From: Laetmonice hystrix
Taxonomy: Eukaryota
DNA length: 64,000 bases
Assembly: GCA_965235115.1 (NCBI GenBank)
Contig: OZ249436.1
Location: forward strand, 16,990,001 to 17,054,000
Reading direction: 5' to 3'
In this document: piece after piece, positions 11,174 through 22,388 of the stretch
Numbering within the stretch: the first letter of the stretch is position 1
How the letters are laid out: the number at the start of each line of letters is the position of its first letter
The notes under the pieces: generated by a model
Seen by the model: the letters and a program-made list of their open reading frames with translations, nothing else
What the model was told of the DNA's origin: nothing
Database searches by the model: none
Program-made: the position numbers and the translations under genes

Positions 11174-14100
11174 CTGTGAAAGCACATGGGATAGTGGTGA
11201 GAAAGATCTTCTGACACCTGACCGGTACACCTGTGTCTGCATGCTGCATGTCGCGTATGATCTTCTCCATCTGAAACACACCAGCATAATAATTAATCTA
11301 CGTCACATTCATACATCCACGGCACACTTAATCACGTCATAATGATTAATCTACGTCATCATAATTAATCTGTTATCATAATTAATCTACATCACATTTA
11401 TTCATCCACGTCACACTTAATCACGTCATAATGAGTAATCTACGTCATAATTAATTTACGTCATCATAATTAATCTACGTCACACTAACTGATGTACGTC
11501 ACTGACTGACCGACCGACAGTTTTAAACGGTTGAATAATTATGCGAAGGTCACATGAAGATGCTTGCAAGTTCCGACCGTAATTTAAGATACTAGGATTA
11601 GATTTTATAAAGTATGTCCTGTGCAAGATTAAGACGGGGTGCACACTTGGGTACCGACTTGACGATTAAAAAAATAGCCTTGATTTTCACGCATGGCCCG
11701 CCCACACTATCTCACTAGTAGGCCTAGGCCTATGTGTAGATTTATTTTGCGTCTGGGATTTAAAAGGTTAATTGTTGTTCATCTCGATCACAACATTTCT
11801 CTTCCTACCCTCGAACTTAGATTAACGAGATAAATCTGTGCCATTCTCTGCTGGCTGTGCCATGAGGCGATGGATGGAGACGTCATGATGCAGGCCTGGG
11901 GGCACCTGTTGAGCGTGCAAGGTCCGTCATACCTGACAGCCGTGCATGGCCGCCACTGGGAGCTGTGTGCTCTGCCGGCCAGATACTCTCCTATAACTCG
12001 ACAAGTGGTCATGAATCTTAATGAGTGGTGACGCTCTAGGGACCGAATCAAACACGGCGGGTGAGTAAATACTACCGTCCCTAATACACGTATATCAGTA
12101 TGGTCAGTGACTGAGACAGGACCGGACAGGTACGGGCGGGGGCCTAGAGTGTGGTCGGGGCCGGGGGATCAGACAGGTGTGCAGGGTGTAGGCCGAACAG
12201 AGATAGGAGAGGGGGGGGGGGTTCCAACTGAGATGGAGGAGGGGGGGGGTCCCAACCATAATATTACTAATTAGTCATTCATATATTCATATTACTAATT
12301 AGTCTTTTTTTTTTTGGGGGGGGGGGGTCCAGGCGACCCGGAAACTCCTGTGGCCAGGGCCGGCCAGGCATCTTCGGCAGGGGGGGGGGGGATCTGCATG
12401 GGAGTTCCCATGCAGGATTGAATGCCGTTCGATCATAGTAGCAGCACTTAGTAACTAATGGTAGTAGGTAGTAGTAGTTTTGTTTATTTCTGTGACATGA
12501 GTTACAGTCTTTGCAAATAACGTAAATTCATGTAGGCACTCAGCCCTAAAGGACTTAGGGCCTACAAGTCACAATTCATTTAAAATTCTACTTAGGCACT
12601 ATACACTGAGGTCGTTGTACCTTACCAATTCTTATACCACTAAGTTGTTGTTAAATTAAATCTTATACCACAAAACTGTTATTATTTCTCACCAATTCAT
12701 ACACCTCCGACCACGCCACCTCCCAGGATGGAACTTGACCCTGACACTGCTCAGACTACGACCACCGCCTGAGGGGCAGAGTTTGCGGGAACACACCTCA
12801 TCTATACTACTCACTGCAAACACACTGCAGGCTCAACGCTCACTGCAAATTTCATTATAGACCTACCACTGCAAATTAAGGGATCAGAGCAGGGTCACCT
12901 GGGTCAGTCATTTTGTTTCTGTCGGGGGCCAAATGTATGAGTTTTCCAGACATGCCGTGGATGAGTCTTTATCATCTTTACTTTATAAGGCAAAAGGTTC
13001 TTCTTTTACAGTCAAACGTTATGGCGCAACTCTTCCCACCCCGATTCCTTGCCATCGACTTTCCGTCAATAATTGACCTCTGGCGTCCAAACAAAGCTCT
13101 CATCAAAATATAATTCTCAAAACTAATCCCTGACGTTAATTAGAAAACAGTTTGGGTTATCACTTTCAACACAGGACGTTTTCATTCAAAACGTAATCAG
13201 TGCCATTGAAATTAACAGACTGTGTAACAACTCTGTTCTGAATTCCAGATACGATTGACTACCATGTCTGTTAGAATGGGCAGTCTGTTAGATATGATTG
13301 ACTACCATGTCTGTTAGAATGGGCGCGGTTTGTTAGATATAATCACCATGTCTGTTAGAATGGGCGGTCTGTTAGATATGATTGACTTCGATGTCTGTTA
13401 GAATGGGCAGTCTGTTAGATATGATTGACTACCATGTCTGTTAGAATGGGCGCGGTTTGTTAGATATAATCACCATGTCTGTTAGAATGGGGGGTCTGTT
13501 AGATATGATTGACTTCGATGTCTGTTAGAATGGGCGGTTTGTTAGAAATGATTGACTACCATAGAATGGGCGGTCTGTTAGATATGATTGACTACTATAT
13601 CTGTTAGAATGGGCGCGGTTTGTTAGATATAATCACCATGTCTGTTAGAATGGGCGGTCTGTTAGATATGATTGACTTCGATGTCTGTTAGAATGGGCGG
13701 TTTGTTAGAAATGATTGACTACCATAGAATGGGCGGTCTGTTAGATATGATTGACTACTATATCTGTTAGAATGGGCGGTCTGTTATTACTGTTACCATT
13801 CCCTCCCTGCCATGCAGGGCTTTCAGTATCTGCTGTCTGTGATGCCAGCTTAAAATCATCTTTCTATTGAGGACGTTATAGGTGCACTTCGATGGCATTA
13901 TTCTCAGTCAGCATGTCATTTACATTATGGTATTATTATTGGTAACGGCTGCCCTTAAAACGTGCACATAATATGTATCCCTCATTATCGGGCTCTTTCC
14001 TCCTTCCTAACCATTATTGCTGCCAGTATAGAACAGGTGAAATTTGTTAACATTGTCCTGAAAATGCACTGAGCGATGTTATGCCGGAGTCATGCGGTAA

Positions 14101-17100
14101 CGATCATTGCGACTTTCCATCGCCGACATTTATTATAGATTGACGTTAGTGTCTGGACGGTGCGCCATAACATAATGATAGCCATGGTCCAGAACTCGTA
14201 ATGTAGTTAATGGCCAAGGTTCCAAGGTCCTACCACCTGGACATGCAGGCAGGCATGCACTCAAATATGGACATCCAGGCAGTGAAGCAAAGATTCAAAC
14301 CTGGACATACTAGTAGACATGGTAAGGGGGTGAACACTGCATTTTATAGTGCAAATGTCTAACTTGGCATGATTGGTCCTTAGGGCAAAAGGAAAAAAAA
14401 TATCCAAAGAGACAAGTTGTCTCTATGCATAGAGGCCCCTAATTTGCATAAATTATGTTAATTAGCACCCGACGGAAGTAGATTTCTAACTTTTGAACCA
14501 ATTCACTTAGAAATACGTGTGATAGGTGGATTTCAACTAATTTGGGGGTGAGAAATCCATCTGCAGGGTTATTTTGACATTTGGCGGCCATTTTGACCCT
14601 CAAATCCAAGATGGCCGCCAGCAACCATCTGAAATCTAGCTTACGGTACATGTTGTACATGGTTCTTACCCATGGCGATTCACTTTTGGCATTATCTCCA
14701 CCCGTAAATTTTTTTCCTAGGAGGTTCTGGGACAGAGGAATCGGTCACAAGAAAAAAAGATTGTGTACGTCATTTATCCCCTGAACAGTACTTTATAAAG
14801 AGTAAAATTCCATTTTGACGTTGAGATATAGCCAGAATAGCTCATATTCGTGTTAAGATGGCGGCCATATTTAATTTATGCAAATGAGGGCGCGGCCAAT
14901 CATTCTTTTTTTTCTTGTAACCGATTCCTCTGTCCCAGAACCTCCTAGGAAAAAAATTATATAATGAAAAAAGTCAATTTACGGGTGGAGATAATGCCAA
15001 AAGTGAATCGCCATGGGTAAGATGGCGGCCATATTGGATTTATGCAAATTAGAAAAAATGCTCAAGGGTGCCAAGCTGGCATCAGGCGGATTCTCACTCA
15101 GGACGACCTTGGCACCTTAAATCCATCAAAAAATAAAAGTGACACCACATTTCCAGGTTCAGCCCTTTGGCTGCCGGACTATATTCAATTTTCATGCGTT
15201 TGATATAGGCCTAGGCCAATTATGTTTTCTAATAGGCCCTATAGGCCTACCCAAGAGCAGCCATCTTGGATTTTACCTTAAACATGGACTCTTATTGCAA
15301 AGAAATGACAGAAATGAGTTTCCCAACCCCCAAAAATGAAAATCCATGCATAACACAAGTTTGTCCTCAATTAGTTTAAATTATGAAGTACCTTTAGGCT
15401 AGATTTCAGATGGTTGCTGGCGGCCATCTTGGATTTGAGGGTCACAATGGCCGCCAAATGTCAAAATAACCCTGCAGATGGATTTCTCACCCCCAAATTA
15501 GTTGAAATCCACCTATCACACGTATTTCTAAGTAAATTGGTTCAAAAGTTAGAAATCGACTTCCGTCGGGTGCTAATTAGCATAATTTATGCAAATTAGG
15601 GGCCTCTATGCATAGAGACAACTTGTCTCTTTGGATATTTTTTTTCCTTTTGCCCTAAGGACCAATCATGCCAAGTTAGACATTTGCACTATAAAATGCA
15701 GTGTTCACCCCTTTTTGAGCTCTTAGCATGTCTACTATACAGGCCAGCATGTATACAGGTAGGCCAAGCTCTATAGACACACTACAGTCAAACCTGAACG
15801 TGTACACACTTTCAGGTCGTAAGGCATAGGCATGGGCGGATCCAGCTTTTTGCGTTAGGGGGGTTCAACGTGTATAGGGGCGACACAGACGTGACTGTAC
15901 GAGCGCCGAAGGCGCGAAGTCTGCAAGCGCCGAAGGCGCGAAGCCTTGCTAGGGGCGTCCGGGGGTATGCCCCCTCCCCCCCGTAAAATTTTGAATTTCA
16001 AGGTGTAATTTGCTGCAATCCGATGCATTTTGGAGCACAAAATAAGCTATTCAATGCCCAATGTGACCAAGGGCAAAAGGGCCTCCTCAAGTCCAACAGT
16101 AACTTTGGGTATAGCATGAAATCATGCCGAGCGTAGAGAGGCAAAAAAATATTTTAGGTGGTTTTTATCTTGCGACTGAAAGAAAAAAAAACTTCTAAAT
16201 TATAATGTTTGAACTACCTTAAGTTAAAATGGGTGTATCTGCAAAATTTTAGGGGGGTTCGAACCCCTGAACCCCAGAGGCCCAGTCTATATATTCAATG
16301 CTCAATGCCCGGAGTGCGTTTCACTAAGCCCAAAAGACGTCTTTGAAAATGGTCGCTGAGCCAAAGAGGTCTTTGTGGGGACGGGTGTTTCACTATAACC
16401 ATCTACGGTATTCCTAACATTAGACCAGAAAAGACGTATTTTCAGTGTGCGCCTCACTAACTAAGTGGGATTCTTTAAAAGCGCGTTGAAACAACTATCA
16501 TATCAGTACATATGGTTTCCATATATTAATTAAAGGTGTCATTAAAAGCTATATCCTGTAAGCGAGTTAAGTGAACTGGGGGGAGCACCACAAGCCCCCG
16601 CCTGCACCCCACGGTATTAACGGTTAGTTGCCGGGAGGACATACGGACACTCCGTCGATTACCATCAGCCCTGTAACATCGTGGCTAAAATAAAGGAGTC
16701 AAACTACAGTAAAGCGAGTGTCTCTACATAAATATTCTTGAGCACCCAAATTGGTGGAGTACCCAGGGTTCTCCACCAATTTGTTACGTTAGGTTGGGGT
16801 GCTCAAGAATATTTATGTAGAGACTCTCGCTTATACTGTGGTTTGACTCAGTTGATTACCATCAGCCCTGTAACATCGTGGCTAGAATAAAGGAGTCAAT
16901 CCACAGTATTTATATATAAGCGAGTGTCTTAATATCTTGAGCACCCCCAACGTAACACGCCCATGCAGGTTATAGGCCGACATGCTCATCTCTCGAACAG
17001 CGGTCATCATTCAGAGACAGCGACCGTGACCGCTTGGACCCAAGTGGGCCTAGGGCCTACATCTGTTGAGCATGCAGCCACTCGAGCCCATTCCCCTGGA

Positions 17101-18446
17101 GGTGAAATTCCGGACCGTCCATGGGCCTCTGTGTGGACAAATGACGAGGGCTAGGCCTATAAAGTCGAACATTCAGAGCTTAAAATTTGGAGGCCCATCG
17201 AGCTCCCAATGTCGGCCTATCGTGTCTGCACCTCTTATAGGCTACCTACTATTAACGGGGTCCTTTTCTCCTGCTCCGATCATGCATCCTAATTAGCCTA
17301 ATTATGAAATCATGATACATGTAATCATAATCTTATAAAACATGTAGGCCTATGTATAGATCTAGGTCTATGATTTCCCCTCTTAGGCCTATCTTAGAAC
17401 ACTATCTTAAACTGGCATAAAAAGTCAGTCTCGAAGCTAGTACTGGCCTAGGCCTAGACTATATAACCTAGGCCTACTAGGCTCCAGTGGTGTATCCAGG
17501 GGGTTTTCTAATTATCTCGGAACCCCCTTGAAAAAATTATATTAACATTTTTGTGAAACAGTCCTGAGTGTAAATAGTGCATTACCGTAGGCCTATTTTA
17601 ACCAAAGCAAAGGAAATAGTGGTATAATTTCAAACAAGATCATCAGATGTTCTTAGATTGCATTACCGCACTTTGATGTATTTTTTTCATAAATTTCCCA
17701 GGGCAGAGGAGCATGGCCTAAGCCTAAGGCCATCTCTGAAGTACCTAAACTTAGGACCCCCCCCCCCCAAAAAAAAGGCTAATAAGAGTAGGCCTAAAGT
17801 CCGCAAGCCCCTCTAGCCTAGGCTATAGCATAGGCCTACTATAATACTGGCTCTAGGCTATATTTTCTTGGAAAGGCCCTTTTATTATTCAAAACTTGTT
17901 TAGATCATTTTCACGAAATCTCAGAAAAGCTTGATTGGCTCGTGAATAGGTCTAACCCCGCAGTTTTCCCAGGCCTGGCTAGAGCCTTTCTGGTTGACAC
18001 ATGACATCCGCAGGCCAGGGTAAGCTCCTGCCCCCCTTGCCCTTGGCCTGGGCTTGGCTCCCGAGTAATGCCGTGGAGAATGTGCCATGTGGAGAATCAC
18101 GCACTGCCGTAAAAGCTATAGTATTGACCAGGGTGTGATGCTAGATCTAGGACTCTAATCTAGCTGACCAGGAGCACCGCATGCAGGTGACCGACCGCCC
18201 CCCCCCCCCCGCCCTCTAGTGGTGGGGAAGTCGTCCCGCACACTGATGCCCTGTGGCTTTCCTTGGCCGGGCAGCTCGGAGGCTGAGCGGCCAGCAGCAA
18301 TCTAACGAGTCACAGTGATGGGTGCTCCAGGCATCATCAGCCTGCACAGCGATGGCCACATCCCACAGGACACTTACCTTGGAGAAAACCATATACCTGG
18401 GTTTGTGGTCTTCATCTATGTCCATTGCGTTCGGAGTTATGGTCAT
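11174..18446 (-). CDS. R7-family regulator of G-protein signalling (RGS6/7/9/11 family, RGS9/11-like N-terminus), first two coding exons only; rest presumably left of the window
   Basis: Exon 18446-18378 encodes MTITPNAMDIDEDHKPRYMVFSK and ends at AAG|GTAAGT. Exon 11270-11174 (97 bp, tgtttcag acceptor, G|GTAGGA donor) encodes MEKIIRDMQHADTGVPVRCQKIFLTTIPCAFT(G). The joined peptide resembles the DEP-domain start of R7 RGS proteins (recalled: RGS9 MTI..RPRMAFLQK/IEALVKDMQNPETGV; RGS7 [33 protein letters not shown]). No further exon found in 1-11173. Confidence 0.85.
11285..11490. repeat. Degenerate short tandem repeat next to the RGS exon 2 acceptor
   Basis: Recurring ataattaatctacgtca(c) units. 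Confidence 0.65.
13253..13786. repeat. ~43-bp minisatellite (~13 copies)
   Basis: Unit gattgactaccatgtctgttagaatgggcggtctgttagatat. Confidence 0.93.
14311..15737. mobile_element. Non-autonomous Academ-like DNA transposon with ~330-bp TIRs
   Basis: 14311-14640 is the near-perfect inverse of ~15399-15737; termini TAGTAGACATG..CATGTCTACTA; 3-bp TSD TAC on both sides. Internal second inverted pair (~14664-14760 / ~14905-15022) and a second terminus-like end ..ggctgccggacta at 15181. The superfamily is inferred from TAG..CTA ends and the 3-bp TSD. Confidence 0.85.
15831..16275. mobile_element. MITE remnant of the CA(G/T)GGGCGGATCC-ended family
   Basis: Starts catgggcggatccag; internal gagcgccgaaggcgcg and ggggggtatgcccc..aaaattttgaa resemble the intact copy at 32777-33049; right end eroded. 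Confidence 0.6.
16657..16955. repeat. Hairpin element with tandem partial duplication
   Basis: Inverted arms ~16697-16747 and ~16797-16849 (gagtcaaactacagta..gagcaccc / gggtgctc..tactgtggtttgactc); direct repeat gattaccatcagccctgtaacatcgtggcta at ~16657 and ~16854. Confidence 0.7.
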
Positions 18447-18868
18447 ACTTGCGAGAAATAATATTGACAGCAAAAGTGCATCGCTAGCTAAGATGGAGAG
18501 TTGACGCTGGCGCCTTGGCCGTCCGTACTCCGGTATCGACTGCACTCCGCAGCGGGCGACCAGCCGAAACCAAACTCGCTCAGCCTCAACTCATGAATAA
18601 TTCATGAGCAACATTTTCTCGCATTGGCGAGATCCGAAATCGTTGGCCTCATCTAAATCTGTCAATTTTTGTTTAGATTATTTATAAAACGATTCAATTT
18701 TGTTTATTTACATTAATAATAATCATCTAAGGCTAATTTTTACTGAAAAGAAAAATAGTCAAACGCTACCCAAAGTTCCCTGACGCGTTAGGTCCGCCAT
18801 TTTCTTTTCATTCGCCGGCATCACGTTTTTGTTTTATCCACGAAGTTACAAACTGGGTTGTTTTCAAA
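18447..18868. promoter_or_regulatory. Probable bidirectional promoter between the RGS gene (-) and ALYREF (+)
   Basis: Divergent ATGs 422 bp apart, CpG-rich flanks, YY1-like CCGCCATTTT at ~18794, palindrome CTCATGAATAATTCATGAG at ~18590. Confidence 0.65.
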
Positions 18869-21800
18869 ATGTCGGCCGATAAAATTGATATGAGCCTTGA
18901 TGATATCATCAAACAGAACAAGAGAGGACGTGGAGGAGGCCGTGGGGGTCGGGGAGGATCAAGAGGTCGAGGTTCTCGAGGTGGAAACCGTGGGGTTGGC
19001 GGCGGGCGAGGCGGCCGTGGTGGTGGAGGTTACGGTGGAGTGATGCGTGGAGGTGTCCAGCGGCGGGGGCGAGCGAGTGGCGTCAACCGAACAACCGGAG
19101 GACTCAGGGTGAGACCAGAACACCTTTCTACACTTCACCATCTGTAATATTTTCAGATTGTCTCTGACAATTAGCTCTCCGAGAATGTGTGGAGTGCGTG
19201 GTTGGGGTGAAAAGGAAAGACTGGGTTTGGCCACTTTGTCTTTGCTTGGGTAGATGGATGGTTGCGCAGTCAGTGCGGGTCGTCAGTGCGGACGTGGATT
19301 TCCATTGTTGAATGATGTGGAAGTACAGCTAGTAGTAGTAGTAGTACAAATGTAGTACTGTAGTAGCCGTTGACTTTCCCCTATACACTGTCGTGTTAGG
19401 GTGGTTGGCGAACCCATAGATATTTAAAGTCCTTCCAATAAAAAAACAGCACCAATTCATATCTCTACGAATACATGATTACTTCCCTTAACATCTGATG
19501 TCATGCGGCACACAGTTTAGAACTTTAGAAAGTGATTCGCTCCTTCTGTAATATATTAGATTAGTTATTACGGCTGGTTTTGTAATCGAATTGAGGTGTT
19601 ATGGGCCTTGCTCGCGAGGTCTGCCATGATGTTTTTCTATACTGCGCATGTGCAAATGGAACCAGCTTCCTTTCAAAATGGCGGAGGGCCTGAAACAGCG
19701 GCTTCAATTTACAACAAAACTTCTCAAAAGGCCCTTACACTTGTTACAGTCAAAATCACCTTCAGAATAGACAATGTCTTGCACAATGATTTAGCGAATT
19801 CGGCGTTGAAACCGAGGCAACTATCGTATAAGTTGATAAATTCTCTATGGCTTCTCCCACATCCTTAAAGGAAATATGTCACGGGGCCCGTGACGGCGGG
19901 TATCGACCGAAATTTTCAGTTTTCTGCTTACCTGCTCACCACTGACGTACTTTATGGCCCATCCGCCGATCGTGTGAAAAGGGTGCAAAACGGTCCCAGG
20001 ACGTTTCGAGCGCGGACCAGTTCGAGCACCGCTCCATTGCCAGTTCGAGCACGATTCAGTTCGAGCGGCAACCAGTTGAGCGGGGCTCCGCCGGCCGAAC
20101 CGCCCGCATGCCACGCCCTCTCGTCCACGGTCAATTTCGATCGGTGGTAGATTTCGATCGAGACCGTTGAGCGCAGCCCCGTTCGAGCGTGCATATGGAA
20201 GGCCCTGTCAGTGCCGCAATATGAATTAATAGCCTAGTAATATCGTCAAAATGAAAGATAGGGATAAAATTCTTGACGACTTCTGAGAACGGAGTTGTCA
20301 AATAGTCGCGCTCGAAGTGGTTGGCGTCAGAGCTCGAAGCGGTCGGCGCTCGAACTGGTTCGCGCTCGAAACATCCAGACACCTGCAAAACACAGTCGGC
20401 TGCAAATCTGTAGCATGGTTGAAAACTTGAGTTTTATAGTCATTTGAAATTGTGTTTGTGTCATCACTATATTTTTTCACATTTTGATCATTTGTTAAGC
20501 AATTAGGTTTATAAATAGGAACCCTTTGTCTCACTTCTTTGAACTTTTTAGAACAACTGTGACACAAAAATGGGCTGGTACTTGCTAGTTGTAAAAAAAG
20601 CAAGTAGTTGGGTGACCCAATTTTCTATTGGGTGACAAAGTCTGGCAACTCCCACGTGGGCGATCAAGTATTTATGATTAATGGAAAACACTGAGGCAGG
20701 GACCCATATCATTTTGATTTTGAAAAAGTTGTTTCATGAATGATTTTAGTTGCCCTACAGGCTACACTCTCCTGTAATAACCAAGCATGTTCTGTGTTAC
20801 AGTCGAAACAGATGCCCGATGTGTGGCAACATGACATGTTTGATGGGGCCGGCGCTGGTGCCATGAAGAGGCTGAGTGGTGGGGGTGGCATCTCACTCGG
20901 TGGCGGTCAGGGAAAGCTCCTCGTCTCAAACCTAGACTTCGGCGTCAATGACTCGGATATCTCAGTAAGTCACCATAGCTTTCAGTAAATTTAAAGGTGG
21001 GCAGTAATGATTATTGACTAAAGGGGAGGATATTAAGTGAATAATTCAGTATAAGGGACCGTTAAAACTTTACTTATAGACTAGAATTATACTTAAGATA
21101 TGGAAGGATGGAATTTGTTGGAATGTGGTGCTGTGCCAGAATGGCCTCATTCATATTTTACCAGGGAAGCCTAGTTTTCATTGAGTTTCAGTGTCACCAA
21201 TGATCTTTCAGCTTCTTGTATTAGTATTTTTTTTAAAGAATGTTGCCATGTTGTGTTTTTTCAGGAACTCTTTGCTGAATTTGGCCCGCTCAGAAAAGCT
21301 GCAGTTCATTATGATCAGTCTGCACGGTCTTTAGGCACGGCCGAGGTTATATTTGAGAGAAAATCAGATGCTGTCAAAGCAATGAAACAGTACAACAATG
21401 TGCCACTAGATGGTGAGTGATTTAGGGTTTTGTAAGCTATTGGTTATGATGTGCATAAGATATGGCTATTTAAAATTTGGTACACAATTGACACTGCTTA
21501 AATCAGTGAAGAAATTGTTTATTTCATTGGTGTCAACTCTTAAGTATATCTGTGTTGGTGTCTTGCTTCAGGTCGGCCAATGAGCATCCAGTTGGTTGGT
21601 TTCACAGAGTCCACTAACCGTACAGGTGGTTTTGGTGGGTCCCCGCGCAGCACGAGACCAGGAGGAGGGTAAGACCAGCTTTTATCACAAAGTCAATGTT
21701 ATAACACTTGTTACAAGGGGCTGTTGTTGTTACTTGTTACTTAGATACTAATCGCAGCATACAGGCTAAAGTATCATATTGTTAAAAAATCGTTTTGAAA

Positions 21801-22388
21801 CATGTGGTAGATGATATATTATATCTGAGTTCTACATCACATAGATCTTTGTATTCAGTATTACTGAAAGGCTAATGAAAGCTTACCTTGATTTGTTGAC
21901 AGCTACTCCCGAGGTAGTGGTGGTGGCGGTGGTAGTTTTGGAGGAGGCAGGGGTCGTGGCCGCAGTGGTGGCCGCAGCCGGGGCGGCGGCCGTGGTCGGG
22001 GAGGACGAGGTGGTGGCAGAGAAAACAAGAAAACACCAACAGCAGAGGAGCTGGATGCACAATTAGATGCCTATAACGCTAAGGTAAGAAGTTCCTGCCA
22101 AGTACCAGGGGTCCTATTCTAAAACATTTCGGATAGTAGTCTAAGGCTAAGGGTTTTTAAAAAAGTAGTTATATTAAGCTTTATCAACATGTAATTTGGG
22201 CGAATAAAGGAGGTACAATGATTAGGTGTGTAATTAAAGGGTTGAGGTGAAATAATGGCTAACCATGGAAGTTTTTTTTGTTTTGGTCCTTTTTTTTTAA
22301 ATTTCTGTATACTGATAATTGTGTCGGACCCTACGGTGTCAGTTAAAGCAGTGTAACTGTCGATGTTTTCCAGATGGACACAGACTAG
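18869..22388 (+). CDS. ALYREF: ALY/REF export factor (THO complex subunit 4), 6 exons, 280 aa
   Basis: Exons 18869-19108, 20803-20964, 21265-21412, 21572-21668, 21903-22083, 22374-22388; all GT-AG, phases consistent, 843 nt. N-terminal [17 protein letters not shown] motif, RGG tracts, WQHD motif, RRM ([11 protein letters not shown]...ELFAEFG...[11 protein letters not shown]), C-terminal [24 protein letters not shown] at ~23275. Confidence 0.97.
19992..20383. mobile_element. MITE with GG..CC ends and 8-bp TSD (MULE/Merlin-like) in ALYREF intron 1
   Basis: Imperfect ~36-bp TIR ggtcccaggacgtttcgagcgcggaccagttcgagc / gctcgaactggttcgcgctcgaaacatccagacacc; internal gttcgagc repeats; TSD tgcaaaac at 19984-19991 and 20384-20391. 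Confidence 0.82.

Noticed and set aside
21802..21845. Box C/D snoRNA in ALYREF intron 4
   Set aside because: ATGATA..CTGA with a short stem, but only ~10 nt separate the boxes and the C box is imperfect.
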